64,000 bases of DNA, taken from Dongiaceae bacterium (GTDB lineage: Bacteria > Pseudomonadota > Alphaproteobacteria > Dongiales > Dongiaceae). The notes under the pieces are model-generated. The model saw only the letters and a program-made list of their open reading frames with translations. It was not told where the DNA came from and did no database searches. A program made the position numbers and the translations under genes. The stretch covers positions 1 through 64,000 of the forward strand of contig DASZSL010000045.1 in the NCBI GenBank assembly GCA_035548715.1, in the 5' to 3' direction. Of the stretch, positions 40,188 through 49,936 are shown one piece after another (position 1 is the stretch's first letter; every line of letters starts with the position of its first letter).

Positions 40188-40775
40188 ATGCGCCGCACCC
40201 GTTTCATCGCACCATTGCTGCTCGGCCTGGCTCTGGGCCCGGGGCTCGCGGCCTGCAACACGCCGCCGGAGCGGCAGACCTTTCCGGACATCACCTTCCA
40301 GCACCTGGCGCCGTTCCGGCTGGACGTCGCGCATGTCGAGATCGTGCAGGGCTATCGCCCCGATCCGGCCAACGACATCGCCGACCAGTTCCCCGAAGCA
40401 CCGGCCAAGGTCGCGGCGCAATGGGCGCAGGACCGGCTGCAGGCGGTGGGCTCCCAGGGCCAGGCCGTCTACACCGTCGTGCTCGCCAAATCGACCGACA
40501 CGCCGCTCAAGCGCTCGCAGGGCATGGCGGCGGTGACGCACAAGGACCAGTCGGACCGCTACGACCTCGCGATCAGCGTCAATCTCGAAGTGCAGAGCGC
40601 GGGCAAGTCCGGCGCGCTGACCGCCCAGGCCGCGCGCAGCCAGACCGTCCGCGAGGACATGACCCTCAACCAGCGCGAGGCGGTGCTGTTCAAGCTGCTC
40701 GACGACACGATGAAGGACCTGAACAAGCAGCTCGAGGGGCTGATCCCGCAATATGCGGGCGGGTTCTTGAGGTGA
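40188..40775 (+). CDS. hypothetical lipoprotein (signal peptide, lipobox LAAC)
   Basis: Signal peptide plus lipobox; no recognised family. Confidence 0.5.
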   Translation: MRRTRFIAPLLLGLALGPGLAACNTPPERQTFPDITFQHLAPFRLDVAHVEIVQGYRPDPANDIADQFPEAPAKVAAQWAQDRLQAVGSQGQAVYTVVLAKSTDTPLKRSQGMAAVTHKDQSDRYDLAISVNLEVQSAGKSGALTAQAARSQTVREDMTLNQREAVLFKLLDDTMKDLNKQLEGLIPQYAGGFLR

Positions 40776-40900
40776 GATCCTTCGCTGCGTTATGCGACTG
40801 AGACAGCGTTCGTTCCGATTGCGCAATCCGATCTCGTCATCCCAAAGCCAAGCTTCGGCATGACGACCGAATAAGCGATTCCAGCCAATCTCATTCCGCT

Positions 40901-42070
40901 TTAGCTCGACGCGGCCCAGTCGATGACGCGGCGGAGCAGCGCCTCGCCGGCGGCGAGCTGCTCCTTCATGATGAACTCGTCGGGCTGGTGCGCCTGGCGG
41001 ATCGAGCCGGGGCCGCAGACGATCGCCGAGAGACCGGCCGCCTGGAACTGGCCCGCCTCGGTCGCGAAGGACATGCCGAAGCTGTCATTCTGGCCGGTGA
41101 GGCGGCGCAGCAATTCTTCGGCGGCGCCCTCGGTCTCCTCGATCAGCGGCGGGACGGCGACGCGGGGCGTGGTCTCCACCGCGGCCTCCGGCGCCGCGGC
41201 CTTGAGGCGCGGCAGCAGCGTCTCCTCGATGAAATGCCGCAGGGGCGCCAGCACGAGATCGGGATCGGTGCCGGGAACGCCGCGGAAATCCCAGTCGATG
41301 CTGCAGGTCCGGGCGATGATGTTGATCGCCGTGCCGCCGGTGATGCGGCCGAGGTTCAGCGTGCCGTGCGGCGGATCGAAGCTCCGGTCGAACGGGCCCT
41401 CGTGGCGCAGGCGCTCGTAGATCCGCCCCAGCTCGGTCGCGACCTCGGCGGCGGCGAGGATCGCGTTCAGGCCGCGCTCCGGCTGGCTGGAATGGCCGTC
41501 CTTGCCGGTGACCGTCGTGGTGAAGGAGTAGCAGCCCTTGTGCCGGGTCCCGAGCCTGAGCTCGGTCGGCTCGCCGATGATGGCGATGCGCGGCTTGCGG
41601 AAGCGCCGGCCGATCTCGGCGATCAGGCTCGGGGCCCCCAGGCAGCCGACCTCCTCGTCATAGGAGAAGGCGAAATGCAGCGGCGTCTTGAGATCGCGCC
41701 GCAGCATCTCCGGGACCAGCGCCAGGCAGAGCGCTATGAAGCCCTTCATGTCCGAGGTGCCGCGGCCGAACCAGCGGTCGCCGCCGTCGCGCAAGGTGAA
41801 GGGATCCGACGACCAGGGCTGGCCCTCGACCGGGACGACGTCGGTATGCCCCGAGAGCACGATGCCGCCGTCGCGGTCGGGGCCGATCGAGGCCCAGAGG
41901 TTGGCCTTGGGCTGGCCGTCCGGGGCGGCGACGATCTCGACCGGAACGCCGAGCTCGGCGAGATAGTCGCCGATCCAGCGGATGACGGAGAGATTGGAAC
42001 GCGAGGAGACGGAATCGAACGAGACCAGGCGCGCGAGGATCTCGGCGACGGATTTCCCGGCGGGCGCCAT
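40901..42070 (-). CDS. argE: acetylornithine deacetylase ArgE (M20 family metallohydrolase)
   Basis: GHTDVVP, GRGTSDMKG, DEEVG motifs; start at MAPAGKS (the 510-aa upstream extension is not credible). Confidence 0.85.
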   Translation of the reverse strand: MAPAGKSVAEILARLVSFDSVSSRSNLSVIRWIGDYLAELGVPVEIVAAPDGQPKANLWASIGPDRDGGIVLSGHTDVVPVEGQPWSSDPFTLRDGGDRWFGRGTSDMKGFIALCLALVPEMLRRDLKTPLHFAFSYDEEVGCLGAPSLIAEIGRRFRKPRIAIIGEPTELRLGTRHKGCYSFTTTVTGKDGHSSQPERGLNAILAAAEVATELGRIYERLRHEGPFDRSFDPPHGTLNLGRITGGTAINIIARTCSIDWDFRGVPGTDPDLVLAPLRHFIEETLLPRLKAAAPEAAVETTPRVAVPPLIEETEGAAEELLRRLTGQNDSFGMSFATEAGQFQAAGLSAIVCGPGSIRQAHQPDEFIMKEQLAAGEALLRRVIDWAASS

Positions 42071-42072
42071 GC

Positions 42073-42702
42073 TCAGACGTTGCTGACGCCGAGGCCCTGG
42101 GGCATGCCGATGAAGGCCAGGAACTCGCGCCGGGTCGAGGCGTCGTTGCGGAAGGCGCCCAGCATCCGGCTGGTCACCATCGAGGTGCCCGGCTTGTGCA
42201 CGCCGCGGGTGGTCATGCATTGGTGGCTGGCATCGATGACGACGGCGACGCCGCGCGGCTGCAGCACGTCGTTCAGCGTGTTGGCGATCTGGGCGGTGAG
42301 CTTCTCCTGGATCTGCAGCCTCTTGGCGTAGACGTCGAGCAGCCGCGCCAATTTGCTGATTCCCACCACGCGCTTCTTCGGCAGGTAGGCGATATGCGCG
42401 CGGCCGATGATCGCCGCCAGGTGATGCTCGCAATGGCTCTCGAAGCGCATGTCCTTCAGGACGATCATCTCGTCGTAGCCGTCGGTCTCCTCGAAGGTGC
42501 GCTTCAGGACCTGGACCGGATCGACGCCGTAGCCCTGGAAGAACTCCCGGTAGGCGCGCACCACCCGGCCCGGCGTCTCGAGCAGGCCCTCGCGCGTCGG
42601 GTCGTCGCCGGCCCAGCGGATCAGCGTGCGGACGGCGTCCTCGGCCTCGGCCTGGCTCGGCCGGCTTCGCCTGGGCGCGGATTTCTTCGCAAGACGTGCC
42701 AC
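42073..42702 (-). CDS. folE: GTP cyclohydrolase I (GTG start)
   Basis: CEHHL and HQCMTTRGV motifs; the long in-frame upstream extension is a high-GC artefact. Confidence 0.9.
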   Translation of the reverse strand: MARLAKKSAPRRSRPSQAEAEDAVRTLIRWAGDDPTREGLLETPGRVVRAYREFFQGYGVDPVQVLKRTFEETDGYDEMIVLKDMRFESHCEHHLAAIIGRAHIAYLPKKRVVGISKLARLLDVYAKRLQIQEKLTAQIANTLNDVLQPRGVAVVIDASHQCMTTRGVHKPGTSMVTSRMLGAFRNDASTRREFLAFIGMPQGLGVSNV

Positions 42703-42743
42703 GTTCGCTCCTTGGAATCGTCGCTTCCGGAGATTGGGGCAGG

Positions 42744-43142
42744 CTAGTTCAGGCGGATCGCCTGGTGCGGGCTGTCGAGGGAGAAGGCCGGGATGGCGAT
42801 GTCGAAGCGCTCGCCGCCGGCATTCTCCATCTGATAGGTGCCGACCATGATGCCGGACGGCGTCTTCAGCGGCGTGCCGCTGGTATATTCGAAGGCCTCG
42901 CCCGGATGCAGGATCGGCTGCTCGCCGACCACGCCGGCGCCGCGCACCTCCTGGACCCGGCCCAGGGAATCGGTGATCCGCCAATAGCGGTTGCGGAGCT
43001 GCACGGTCTCCTGGCCGCCATTCTCGATCCGGACGTGGTACTTCCAGACGAAATGCGACTCGTCCGGAGACGACTGGTCGTCCAGGTAGGTCGGTTCGAC
43101 GGTGACCGTGATCGCCCGGGTCGTGCTCTGATACTTGAACAT
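42744..43142 (-). CDS. apaG: ApaG protein (DUF525)
   Basis: [26 protein letters not shown]...GVVGEQP..PGE.FEYTSG pattern is diagnostic. Confidence 0.9.
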   Translation of the reverse strand: MFKYQSTTRAITVTVEPTYLDDQSSPDESHFVWKYHVRIENGGQETVQLRNRYWRITDSLGRVQEVRGAGVVGEQPILHPGEAFEYTSGTPLKTPSGIMVGTYQMENAGGERFDIAIPAFSLDSPHQAIRLN

Positions 43143-43223
43143 GTGAATATCTTAGCGGCTTTCGGCGGGGAGCCGCAACGGCGGGCGCCAAGACCGCAGC
43201 GCCGGCAGGGATAACGGCCAAAG

Positions 43224-43254
43224 AAAAACGGCGCCGGTTTGCACCGGCGCCGTT
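43224..43254 (-). terminator. rho-independent terminator of the OmpA-family gene (9-bp GC stem CGGCGCCGG, 6-nt loop, U5 tail on the minus strand)
   Basis: AAAAACGGCGCCGGTTTGCACCGGCGCCGTT read directly. Confidence 0.7.
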
Positions 43255-43274
43255 CCGTGAAGCGGTCCTCCGCC

Positions 43275-44117
43275 TTACTGGACGATGATCTCGTCGCGGC
43301 GGTTGGCCTGTTCCTTCACACCGTCGGCGGTCGGGACGGCGTTCTCCGCCTCGCCCTTCCAGGCGGTGGTGATCGCGTCGGCCGGGATGCCCGCGGCGAT
43401 CAGAGCCGAGCGGGCCGCATCGGCACGCCGCTCCGAGAGCTTCAGGTTGTAGGCATCGGTGCCGGCGCGGTCGGTATAGCCGGTGATCGAGATCGACTTC
43501 GCCTTGTTGGCGCTGAAGTCGGCGACCACGCGGTTGATGACCGCCTGGCCGGCCGGGTTGATGTTGGACTTGTCGAAGTCGAACAGCACCAGATAGACCT
43601 GCGGGGCCGCCGGAGCGGGCGCCGGCGCCGGAGCGGCCGGCTGGGCCTCGAGCTCGGCCAGAGCGGCCAGCAGCTCGTCGCGGCAGGCCGAGATGTGGTC
43701 GTTCTGGAAGTTCTCTTCCTGCTGCTCGAGCCAGCAATCGAAGCGCGCCTGGGCGCGGGCCGCGATCTCCGGCTTGTTCTCCCGGGCGCCGCCGTCCAAA
43801 GCGGCCAGCAGGCGCTGGCGGGTCGAGTTGATCTCGGGCAGCACGTCCTGGGGCAGGTCGCGCTCGGCCGGATCCTGCGGGCCGACATTGTCGCCGGCCG
43901 CGGCGGCCAGGGCCTTGCGGGCATAGAAGCCGGCATCGCGCCAATCGTACATCTCGTCGGCCTCGAAGGCGGCGAGATCCTTGTATTCCTTCGTCAGAGC
44001 CTGCGTGAACGCGTTGCCGCCGGTCGGCTCGACGGTGCGCGACTTGTCGAGGTCTGTGGTGCAGGCTGCGACGAAGCTCAAGGCTCCGACGATCGCCACG
44101 AATTTCAGCGTCTTCAT
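43275..44117 (-). CDS. OmpA-family lipoprotein (peptidoglycan-binding OmpA C-terminal domain)
   Basis: Signal plus lipobox VAAC; C-terminal [16 protein letters not shown] OmpA motif; Pro/Ala linker. Confidence 0.85.
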   Translation of the reverse strand: MKTLKFVAIVGALSFVAACTTDLDKSRTVEPTGGNAFTQALTKEYKDLAAFEADEMYDWRDAGFYARKALAAAAGDNVGPQDPAERDLPQDVLPEINSTRQRLLAALDGGARENKPEIAARAQARFDCWLEQQEENFQNDHISACRDELLAALAELEAQPAAPAPAPAPAAPQVYLVLFDFDKSNINPAGQAVINRVVADFSANKAKSISITGYTDRAGTDAYNLKLSERRADAARSALIAAGIPADAITTAWKGEAENAVPTADGVKEQANRRDEIIVQ

Positions 44118-44506
44118 ATCTCTCCTCGCTTTTTTCTCCGCCGGCTCGGCGCGTCGGCAGCATGCCCACGCACGACACACGAACCTGATGTGATGGTTTT
44201 GGATGGACCCCTGGGTGACACCGGCTCCGAAGACAACAGATTTGTCAGCTACCGGTTCCCCGAGAGCCGCCAGCAGCGGAAATCACTATAGGTAACTGGC
44301 ATTATGATGTCAAAACCACCGGAATCGGAAAAACAACCAGCGGACCAAGACGTTAGCCTTAATCTACGGCCCGCCGCGCCGTCCCCTGCGGCAGCGGCAT
44401 AAATTTACCGGCGGGCGACGGAGGATCGCCGGCCCCGGGGAGGCCGCGACCCGAGCGGCCGTCGGGGAACGGCCGGCCCGCCGCGGCGGAAACGGCCGGC
44501 GGCGGC

Positions 44507-44535
44507 TTGAACCGGATTCGGGCTTCGCCTATACG
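44507..44535 (+). promoter_or_regulatory. candidate sigma70-type promoter of tRNA-Gly (TTGAAC-17 bp-TATACG)
   Basis: Hexamers and spacing read directly, about 15 bp upstream of the tRNA 5-prime end. Confidence 0.4.
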
Positions 44536-44549
44536 TTTCAGGCGACCCC

Positions 44550-44623
44550 GCGGGTGTAGCTCAATGGTAGAGCAGAAGCTTCCCAAGCTTACGACGGGGG
44601 TTCGATTCCCCTCACCCGCTCCA
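44550..44623 (+). tRNA. tRNA-Gly (anticodon CCC), CCA encoded, U73 discriminator
   Basis: Manual cloverleaf: 7-bp acceptor GCGGGTG/CACCCGC, D-arm GCTC/GAGC, anticodon loop TTCCCAA, T-loop TTCGATT. Confidence 0.85.
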
Positions 44624-44772
44624 ATTTTCCACGATCGGTGCGACGAACCCCCTCGCTGAGGCGAGGCGCCGCGGGCGCGGCGCGGGCGGTTCGATTCCCC
44701 TCACCCGCTCCAATTTTCCACGATCGGTGCGACGAACCCCCTCGCTGAGGCGAGGCGCCGCGGGCGCGGCGC
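44599..44772 (+). repeat. perfect tandem duplication of an 89-bp unit (copy 1 44599-44687 includes the last 25 nt of tRNA-Gly; copy 2 44688-44772)
   Basis: Identical strings GGTTCGATTCCCCTCACCCGCTCCAATTTTCCACGATCGGTGCGACGAACCCCCTCGCTGAGGCGAGGCGCCGCGGGCGCGGCGC at both positions. Confidence 0.9.
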
Positions 44773-45197
44773 TAGGTCTCTCCCGCCCCGCCGGATTCCG
44801 ACGCGAGGAGTCCCTTCGCGCGGCATGCTTCCGCCGCCTGGCGGATGTATTCCCCGGTCTCCGGCGCATCGTACCGGGCGGAGATCTCCTGGCTGAGCGC
44901 CAGCAGCTCGTAATAGGTCGCGCGGTAGGGCCGCAGCTTCTCATAGGTCTGCAGCAGCACGTCGTTCGGAATCGCCGTCAGCTCGGCGGCGCGGCGGAAG
45001 TTGCGGGCGAGCTGCGGATAGCCTTCGCTTTCGGCACGCTCCGCCTGGGCAAGCAGCGTCTCCCGGCTGATGGTCAAGTCGTCGGGCGCCAGCCCGCCGG
45101 CACGCAGCCGTCCGAGGGTGAGGTCGTCGGCGGCAGCGCGCGAGACCTTGCGGCGCGGATCCGGCTCGTCGAGTGGCGGCCGGCGGTCATTCTTCAT
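44772..45197 (-). CDS. B12-dependent diol/glycerol dehydratase small (gamma) subunit
   Basis: Size and position directly downstream of the large-subunit gene with an 11-bp overlap; similarity to PduE/DhaB3 family. Confidence 0.6.
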   Translation of the reverse strand: MKNDRRPPLDEPDPRRKVSRAAADDLTLGRLRAGGLAPDDLTISRETLLAQAERAESEGYPQLARNFRRAAELTAIPNDVLLQTYEKLRPYRATYYELLALSQEISARYDAPETGEYIRQAAEACRAKGLLASESGGAGET

Positions 45198-47424
45198 AGA
45201 CGGCTTCCATGTTCGAGGCCGCCCGCTCGCTCTCCACACGGGCGACCTCTCGCTTGTGCATCAGGGAGGCGTGCACGATCAGGCGCAGCCGCGCGGTGGT
45301 GTCCACCTTGACAGGCACCGGCGCCGGCGGGCGCCGCAGGGCGTGGCAGGCCGCGTTCGATCCGATCTGCCGGTAGGCCTCGCGCGACAGCAGCGGCGCC
45401 TGGGCGAAGAGCTCCAGGTTGTTGAGCGGCGCCAAGCCCTTGCGCTGGATCACCGCGGTGCCTTTCGACTGCAGGCCGATGGCGATGCCGGAGCCGCTGA
45501 GCCGCGCGCCCTGGTGGCCGATCATGCCGCAATCCGCCGTGTCGAAGACCTTGACGATCCGCGCCTTGATTCCGTGCTGCTCGATCCCGGCGACGATCTC
45601 GCGCAGCACCTCGCCGTGCGAGAGTCCGCTCAAGGTCGTGTCGAGCGCCGAGGCGAAGGCCGGACCCACGGCGACCACGACCTCGGGTGCGGTGCCGGCC
45701 GCGGCGGGTCCCGTATCGCGCAACGTCACCCCGGCATTGCCGCTGGAGATCGGCACCATCTCCGCGGCCGAACGGGCCTGCGGGATCGCCGCAATCCGGC
45801 GCCATTCCTCCCCCTCGAGCCGGAAGCCGGTGCCCGGCCCGAGATAGTCGTTGCCGTCGGTGAAGGCGCTTTCAGTCGTGCCGTCCGACGCCAGGATCGC
45901 CGCCGGCTGCAGGTACTCGCCGGCGACGCGTACGCGCTGCATGCCGAGGATGTTCTCCGCGACGTCCTGGAATCCCGCCTCGTCGAGCACCCGAACCACG
46001 TCGAGCGCCGTCAGCGGTCCGTCCAGCAGGTCGTCCGCCGCGGCGAGGTCCTGGACAAGGTCGCGCTCGGGCATATCGTCGGACGAATAAGCGGAGGTTG
46101 CAGCGTCGATCTCCGTGTCGCCGATCGCCGGAAAACCGAGGCCGCGGAAGATCGCCTGCATCGCCAGAGCAGCACGGCGCCGGACGGCGACGACCTGCGG
46201 CTCGGTCACCGGCTCGATGCCGGCATCGACGCGCATGTCGCGCTGGATGACCATCCAGTCGTCGAGATCGTCGGCGTCGAAGTTGCCGCCGCCGAACATA
46301 TTGTCCCGGCGCGGCATCGAGCTGTAGCCCGAGGTGATGAAGTCGGTCCCAGGGAGGAACTGGAGCATCAGCTTCGCCGCCTTGCGCATGTCCGAGTGCG
46401 AGGAAAGCGCGTCGTTTCCCGAGGCGACCTCCAGCCCAAGCGATGCCGCTATCAGGTTCTCGGCCAGGACCGCGCGCACACCGCCCGGCAGGGCCGACGG
46501 CAGCGCGATGCAGGAGATCGAGCCGTTCTGCACGCCTTGCGCGCCGGCCCCTTTCGCGAGCAGCAGGCACCGCGCTTCCAGATAGAGCATCGACCGCCCC
46601 GCCTCATAGCCCATCAGGGTCTCAGCCCCAGTGCCCGACGTGAAGCGGATCTTGATCCCGCGCGAGGCGTAGGCGGAGGCCAGGAAGCCCTTGGACCACG
46701 GCGTATCGTCGCCGTCTGCCATAGCCTCGTCGGTGCCGTAGACCGAGAGCGTCTCGGCATAGCTGGTGAGACCCTTGAGGCCGAGCCTGAGGTTGAGCGC
46801 CTCCTCCACCGCGCATTGGGTCAGCACGCCGCCGCGCGGCGTCTGCGCGCCGACCAGGATCGCCAGCGCGTTGATCGGCGCCATCCGGGCGACGCGGCAG
46901 GTGGTCTCGAGCTCGTCGAAGCCTCGGAGCGCGGCCTCGGCGGCGTCCGCCGCCATCAATGCGGGGTTCTCGCGCCAGTTGGTGACGTGGGCCTGGTTGC
47001 CGGGGCGACGGCGGGCGCGCATCTTCTGCAGCGCCATCATCATCTCGACGACGTTCAAGTGCGAGACGACGGAACAGAGCTTGGCCGGCGTGCAGCCCGA
47101 AAGCAGGTCGACCAGCCGTTTGCGCGGCATGTGGATGTCCACCAGCATCCGCGCCAGCTCCAGCGAGGGCATCGCCATGGCCTCTGCCGCGGTCGCGGTG
47201 TTGACCGCATACCGGGCGATGTAGCGGTCGATGACGTCGAAATCGGCTTCCGGGCAGCCGTCGATCTCGACCACGCGGCCGTCCTCCAGCCGGATGCTCG
47301 GCACCGGGTCGTTCGGGCTGTCCATGACGACCAATCCGAGCCCGGGATCCTCCTGCACGAAGGTGTCGCGGTTGATCGCCTGCCGCTCGCGCTTCTCGAA
47401 CCGTTTGGACCGTAGCATCCGCAA
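45187..47424 (-). CDS. B12-dependent diol/glycerol dehydratase, fused large (alpha) plus medium (beta) subunits
   Basis: N-terminus MRSKRFE...NRD.F, internal blocks VSHLNVVEMMMALQKMRARR, TQCAVEEA, GDDTPWSKGFLAS, SCIALPS, FITSGYS match PduC/DhaB1; the C-terminal about 190 aa is beta-subunit-like. Confidence 0.85.
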   Translation of the reverse strand: MRMLRSKRFEKRERQAINRDTFVQEDPGLGLVVMDSPNDPVPSIRLEDGRVVEIDGCPEADFDVIDRYIARYAVNTATAAEAMAMPSLELARMLVDIHMPRKRLVDLLSGCTPAKLCSVVSHLNVVEMMMALQKMRARRRPGNQAHVTNWRENPALMAADAAEAALRGFDELETTCRVARMAPINALAILVGAQTPRGGVLTQCAVEEALNLRLGLKGLTSYAETLSVYGTDEAMADGDDTPWSKGFLASAYASRGIKIRFTSGTGAETLMGYEAGRSMLYLEARCLLLAKGAGAQGVQNGSISCIALPSALPGGVRAVLAENLIAASLGLEVASGNDALSSHSDMRKAAKLMLQFLPGTDFITSGYSSMPRRDNMFGGGNFDADDLDDWMVIQRDMRVDAGIEPVTEPQVVAVRRRAALAMQAIFRGLGFPAIGDTEIDAATSAYSSDDMPERDLVQDLAAADDLLDGPLTALDVVRVLDEAGFQDVAENILGMQRVRVAGEYLQPAAILASDGTTESAFTDGNDYLGPGTGFRLEGEEWRRIAAIPQARSAAEMVPISSGNAGVTLRDTGPAAAGTAPEVVVAVGPAFASALDTTLSGLSHGEVLREIVAGIEQHGIKARIVKVFDTADCGMIGHQGARLSGSGIAIGLQSKGTAVIQRKGLAPLNNLELFAQAPLLSREAYRQIGSNAACHALRRPPAPVPVKVDTTARLRLIVHASLMHKREVARVESERAASNMEAVYEE

Positions 47425-47537
47425 TCCTCCAGGCGGTTCGCGCGCGCCTTGCGCCGTCCCCGAGCGGCCAGGCTAGCGTCCCGGCGGAGCTTCGGCAACA
47501 CGGCGCCGGACGACTGCAGGCGGCGGACCGGCGAAGC

Positions 47538-48290
47538 TCAATACGTGGCGCGGCCGCCGGAAAGGTCGAAGGTCGCCGCGGTGGTGAACGAGTTCTCCTG
47601 GCTCGCCAGCCAGCAGATCATGGACGCGGCCTCCTCGAGCTCGAGCATCCGGCCGCGGGGAATCTTCGACAGGATCATCGCCAGGAAGTCGGGCGCCTGC
47701 CCCATGGCACCGACCGTCCTGGCGACCGCGGGGGTCACGCAATTGACGGCGATGTCGTAGCCGGCCAGTTCCTTGCCCAGCGACTTGGTCAGCGCGATTA
47801 CCGCCGCCTTCATGGCGCTGTAGGCCGGCGCCTTGGGGTTGCCTTCCTTGCCGGCCACCGAGCTCAGGTTAACGATGCGGCCGTAATTGGCTGCGATCAT
47901 GTGGGGAACCACCGCCCGACAGCAGTGGAAGGTCCCGATCAGGCCGACATCGATCACCGTCCGGAACGCTTCCGGCGGGTATTCCCAGGTCGGCGCGTTC
48001 GGTCCGACGACGGCTGCGTTGTTGACCAGCACGTCGATCCGGCCGAAGCGGGCGACGGTCGCGGCGGTGGCGTCCTCGACCGCCGGGAGGCTGGCGATGT
48101 CCGCCGCGACGCCGTGCGTGTCACCGCCGGCCGCGAGCTCGGCAAGCGTCCGCTCGAGCAGCGTGGCGTCGTGGTCCCAGATGCTGACCTTCGCCCCCGA
48201 TTCCAGCATCCGGCGCACCACCGCCAGGCCGATGCCCTGCGCGCCGCCGGTGACGACGGCGACCCGGCCGCCCAGGTCGTACCTGTTCAC
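47538..48290 (-). CDS. SDR family oxidoreductase
   Basis: TGGAQGIG cofactor motif, NNAA, YSAMK active site. Confidence 0.85.
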   Translation of the reverse strand: MNRYDLGGRVAVVTGGAQGIGLAVVRRMLESGAKVSIWDHDATLLERTLAELAAGGDTHGVAADIASLPAVEDATAATVARFGRIDVLVNNAAVVGPNAPTWEYPPEAFRTVIDVGLIGTFHCCRAVVPHMIAANYGRIVNLSSVAGKEGNPKAPAYSAMKAAVIALTKSLGKELAGYDIAVNCVTPAVARTVGAMGQAPDFLAMILSKIPRGRMLELEEAASMICWLASQENSFTTAATFDLSGGRATY

Positions 48291-48335
48291 GCCGGGCTCC
48301 GATCGGATGTCGACGACGACGCTTCGTCCGCCCTG

Positions 48336-49787
48336 CTACGCACGGCTCCTCTTCCCGGCATGAGCCCCGGCGCGACGGCCGAACACCAGTCCGCGCAGCA
48401 CCGAGGTCGCGCCGACATAGATGCCGTAGATGATGCCGACCGTCTCGCCCGCCGCGTAGAGGCCGCGGATCACCGAGCCGCTGGCACTGACCACCTGCGA
48501 ATCCCTGGTCACCTTCAGGCCGCCATAGGTGAATGTCGCCGAGGTGATGATCGGATAGGCGCCGAACGGCGCGACCGAGATCGAGCGGGCGAAATTCGAC
48601 TTCTCCGGCACGATTCCCTTGGTCGACCGGTGGTCGAACTTGGAGACGTCGATCGGACCGTCGGTGCAGGCGCGGTTGAAGGTCTCGACCGTCTGCATGA
48701 AGCCGTTCACCGAGATCCCCAGCTTGCGGGCCAGCTCGGGCAGCGTATCGGCGACGATCGCCGGCTGATCGGAGCGGATGGCGATCCGCCAGTTCGGCAC
48801 CTCGTCGATCTTCGCGTCGTAGACGAAGAACCCGATGCCGCCGGGCTGCCGGTTGATGGCGACGCAGGGCTCCTCGGCGTAGTAGTCGTACTCGCTGTGC
48901 GCCTCGTTGAAGAAGCGCTCGCCGTTCTTGTTGACGACGATGCCGAGCGGGAACGCGTTGATCAGCGCTTCCGAGGCGCTGGAGCGCGGGTCGATCGGCT
49001 GGCGATGGACGTCGGCGAAGTCGCCGGCCGGCGCCGCCCCGGCGTCGAGCGCCATGCGGATGCCTTCGCCCTTGTTGTACCATCCGCCGCGCGCCACCGG
49101 CCGCATGTAGCGCGCCTGCGATCCGATATACTTGGCGAGCATCTCGGGATTGCCTTCGAAGCCGCCGCAGGCAAGCACCACGCTCTTGGCATCGATGATG
49201 ACGGAGTCGCCCGCGGCGTCCACCGCCTTCAGGCCGGTCACGCGGTTGTCCTCGTCCTGCAATAGGGCGGTCGCCGTGGTCTCGTAGAGGATCTGCGCGC
49301 CCTTCTTCTCGATCGTCGGGCAGAGCGTCTCGACGAGCGCCAGGCCGCCGCCGTAGAGGCCGAGATGCTTCACCGGCGGAAGATAGGGATACATGCTGGG
49401 ATGGGTCTTGACGCCGTAGCTCTCCAGCCACTTCAGCCCGTCGGGAATGCCTTCCATGAAGGTCGTCAGCAGCTCCGGATCGACGAAGGCCAGGGCCTTC
49501 ACCAGCGCGGGCCAGGTCTCGTAGTCCTTGGCGGTCGCCCGGATGAATTCGGGGAAGATGTAGTAGCCGGAATTGTCGAGATAACGCTTCTCGAAGTCGT
49601 CCCAGACGGTGAGATCGTCCTTCACCCGCAGCAGCGCCTCGGTCCAGCGCGTATTGCCGCCGCGATCCTCTTGCGGCGCGCGCTCGAGCACGATCACCTT
49701 GGCGTTCTGCTCCAAGGCCGAGAGCGCCGCCGACAGACCGGCAACGCCGCAGCCCACCACCACAACATCACATTGAAGTCGCCGCAT
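48336..49787 (-). CDS. FAD-dependent oxidoreductase (fumarate reductase/succinate dehydrogenase flavoprotein-like; TcuA/KstD-type)
   Basis: DVVVVGCGVAGLSAA dinucleotide-binding motif; C-terminal GLYAAGE. Confidence 0.75.
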   Translation of the reverse strand: MRRLQCDVVVVGCGVAGLSAALSALEQNAKVIVLERAPQEDRGGNTRWTEALLRVKDDLTVWDDFEKRYLDNSGYYIFPEFIRATAKDYETWPALVKALAFVDPELLTTFMEGIPDGLKWLESYGVKTHPSMYPYLPPVKHLGLYGGGLALVETLCPTIEKKGAQILYETTATALLQDEDNRVTGLKAVDAAGDSVIIDAKSVVLACGGFEGNPEMLAKYIGSQARYMRPVARGGWYNKGEGIRMALDAGAAPAGDFADVHRQPIDPRSSASEALINAFPLGIVVNKNGERFFNEAHSEYDYYAEEPCVAINRQPGGIGFFVYDAKIDEVPNWRIAIRSDQPAIVADTLPELARKLGISVNGFMQTVETFNRACTDGPIDVSKFDHRSTKGIVPEKSNFARSISVAPFGAYPIITSATFTYGGLKVTRDSQVVSASGSVIRGLYAAGETVGIIYGIYVGATSVLRGLVFGRRAGAHAGKRSRA

Positions 49788-49936
49788 CTTTCCTCCAACC
49801 GATCACCGGCCATTTGGCCATGCTTCTTGCGGGCGCCGCCGCCCGTTTCGTCATCTTTGTCGCTCTAGACACGCCTTTGCAACTTCGCAAGCCGTCGTTC
49901 GGAACGCCGCGCTCGCGTTTGGCGATACGCGGGCGA

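Noticed and set aside
40901-42433. 510-aa extent of the argE ORF
   Set aside because: The N-terminal 121 aa are Arg-rich read-through upstream of a good ATG (MAPAGKS) that matches the M20 family N-terminus, so the gene was trimmed to 40901-42070.
42073-44178. 701-aa minus-strand ORF
   Set aside because: Only the C-terminal 210 aa are FolE. The remainder runs antisense through apaG and the OmpA-family gene. The folE start was taken as the GTG with an upstream GGAG.
44599-44687. Possible second tRNA within the tandem repeat
   Set aside because: The repeat carries only the last 25 nt (T-arm and acceptor 3-prime strand) of the tRNA. No D-arm or anticodon arm is duplicated, so it is an att-like fragment and not a tRNA gene.
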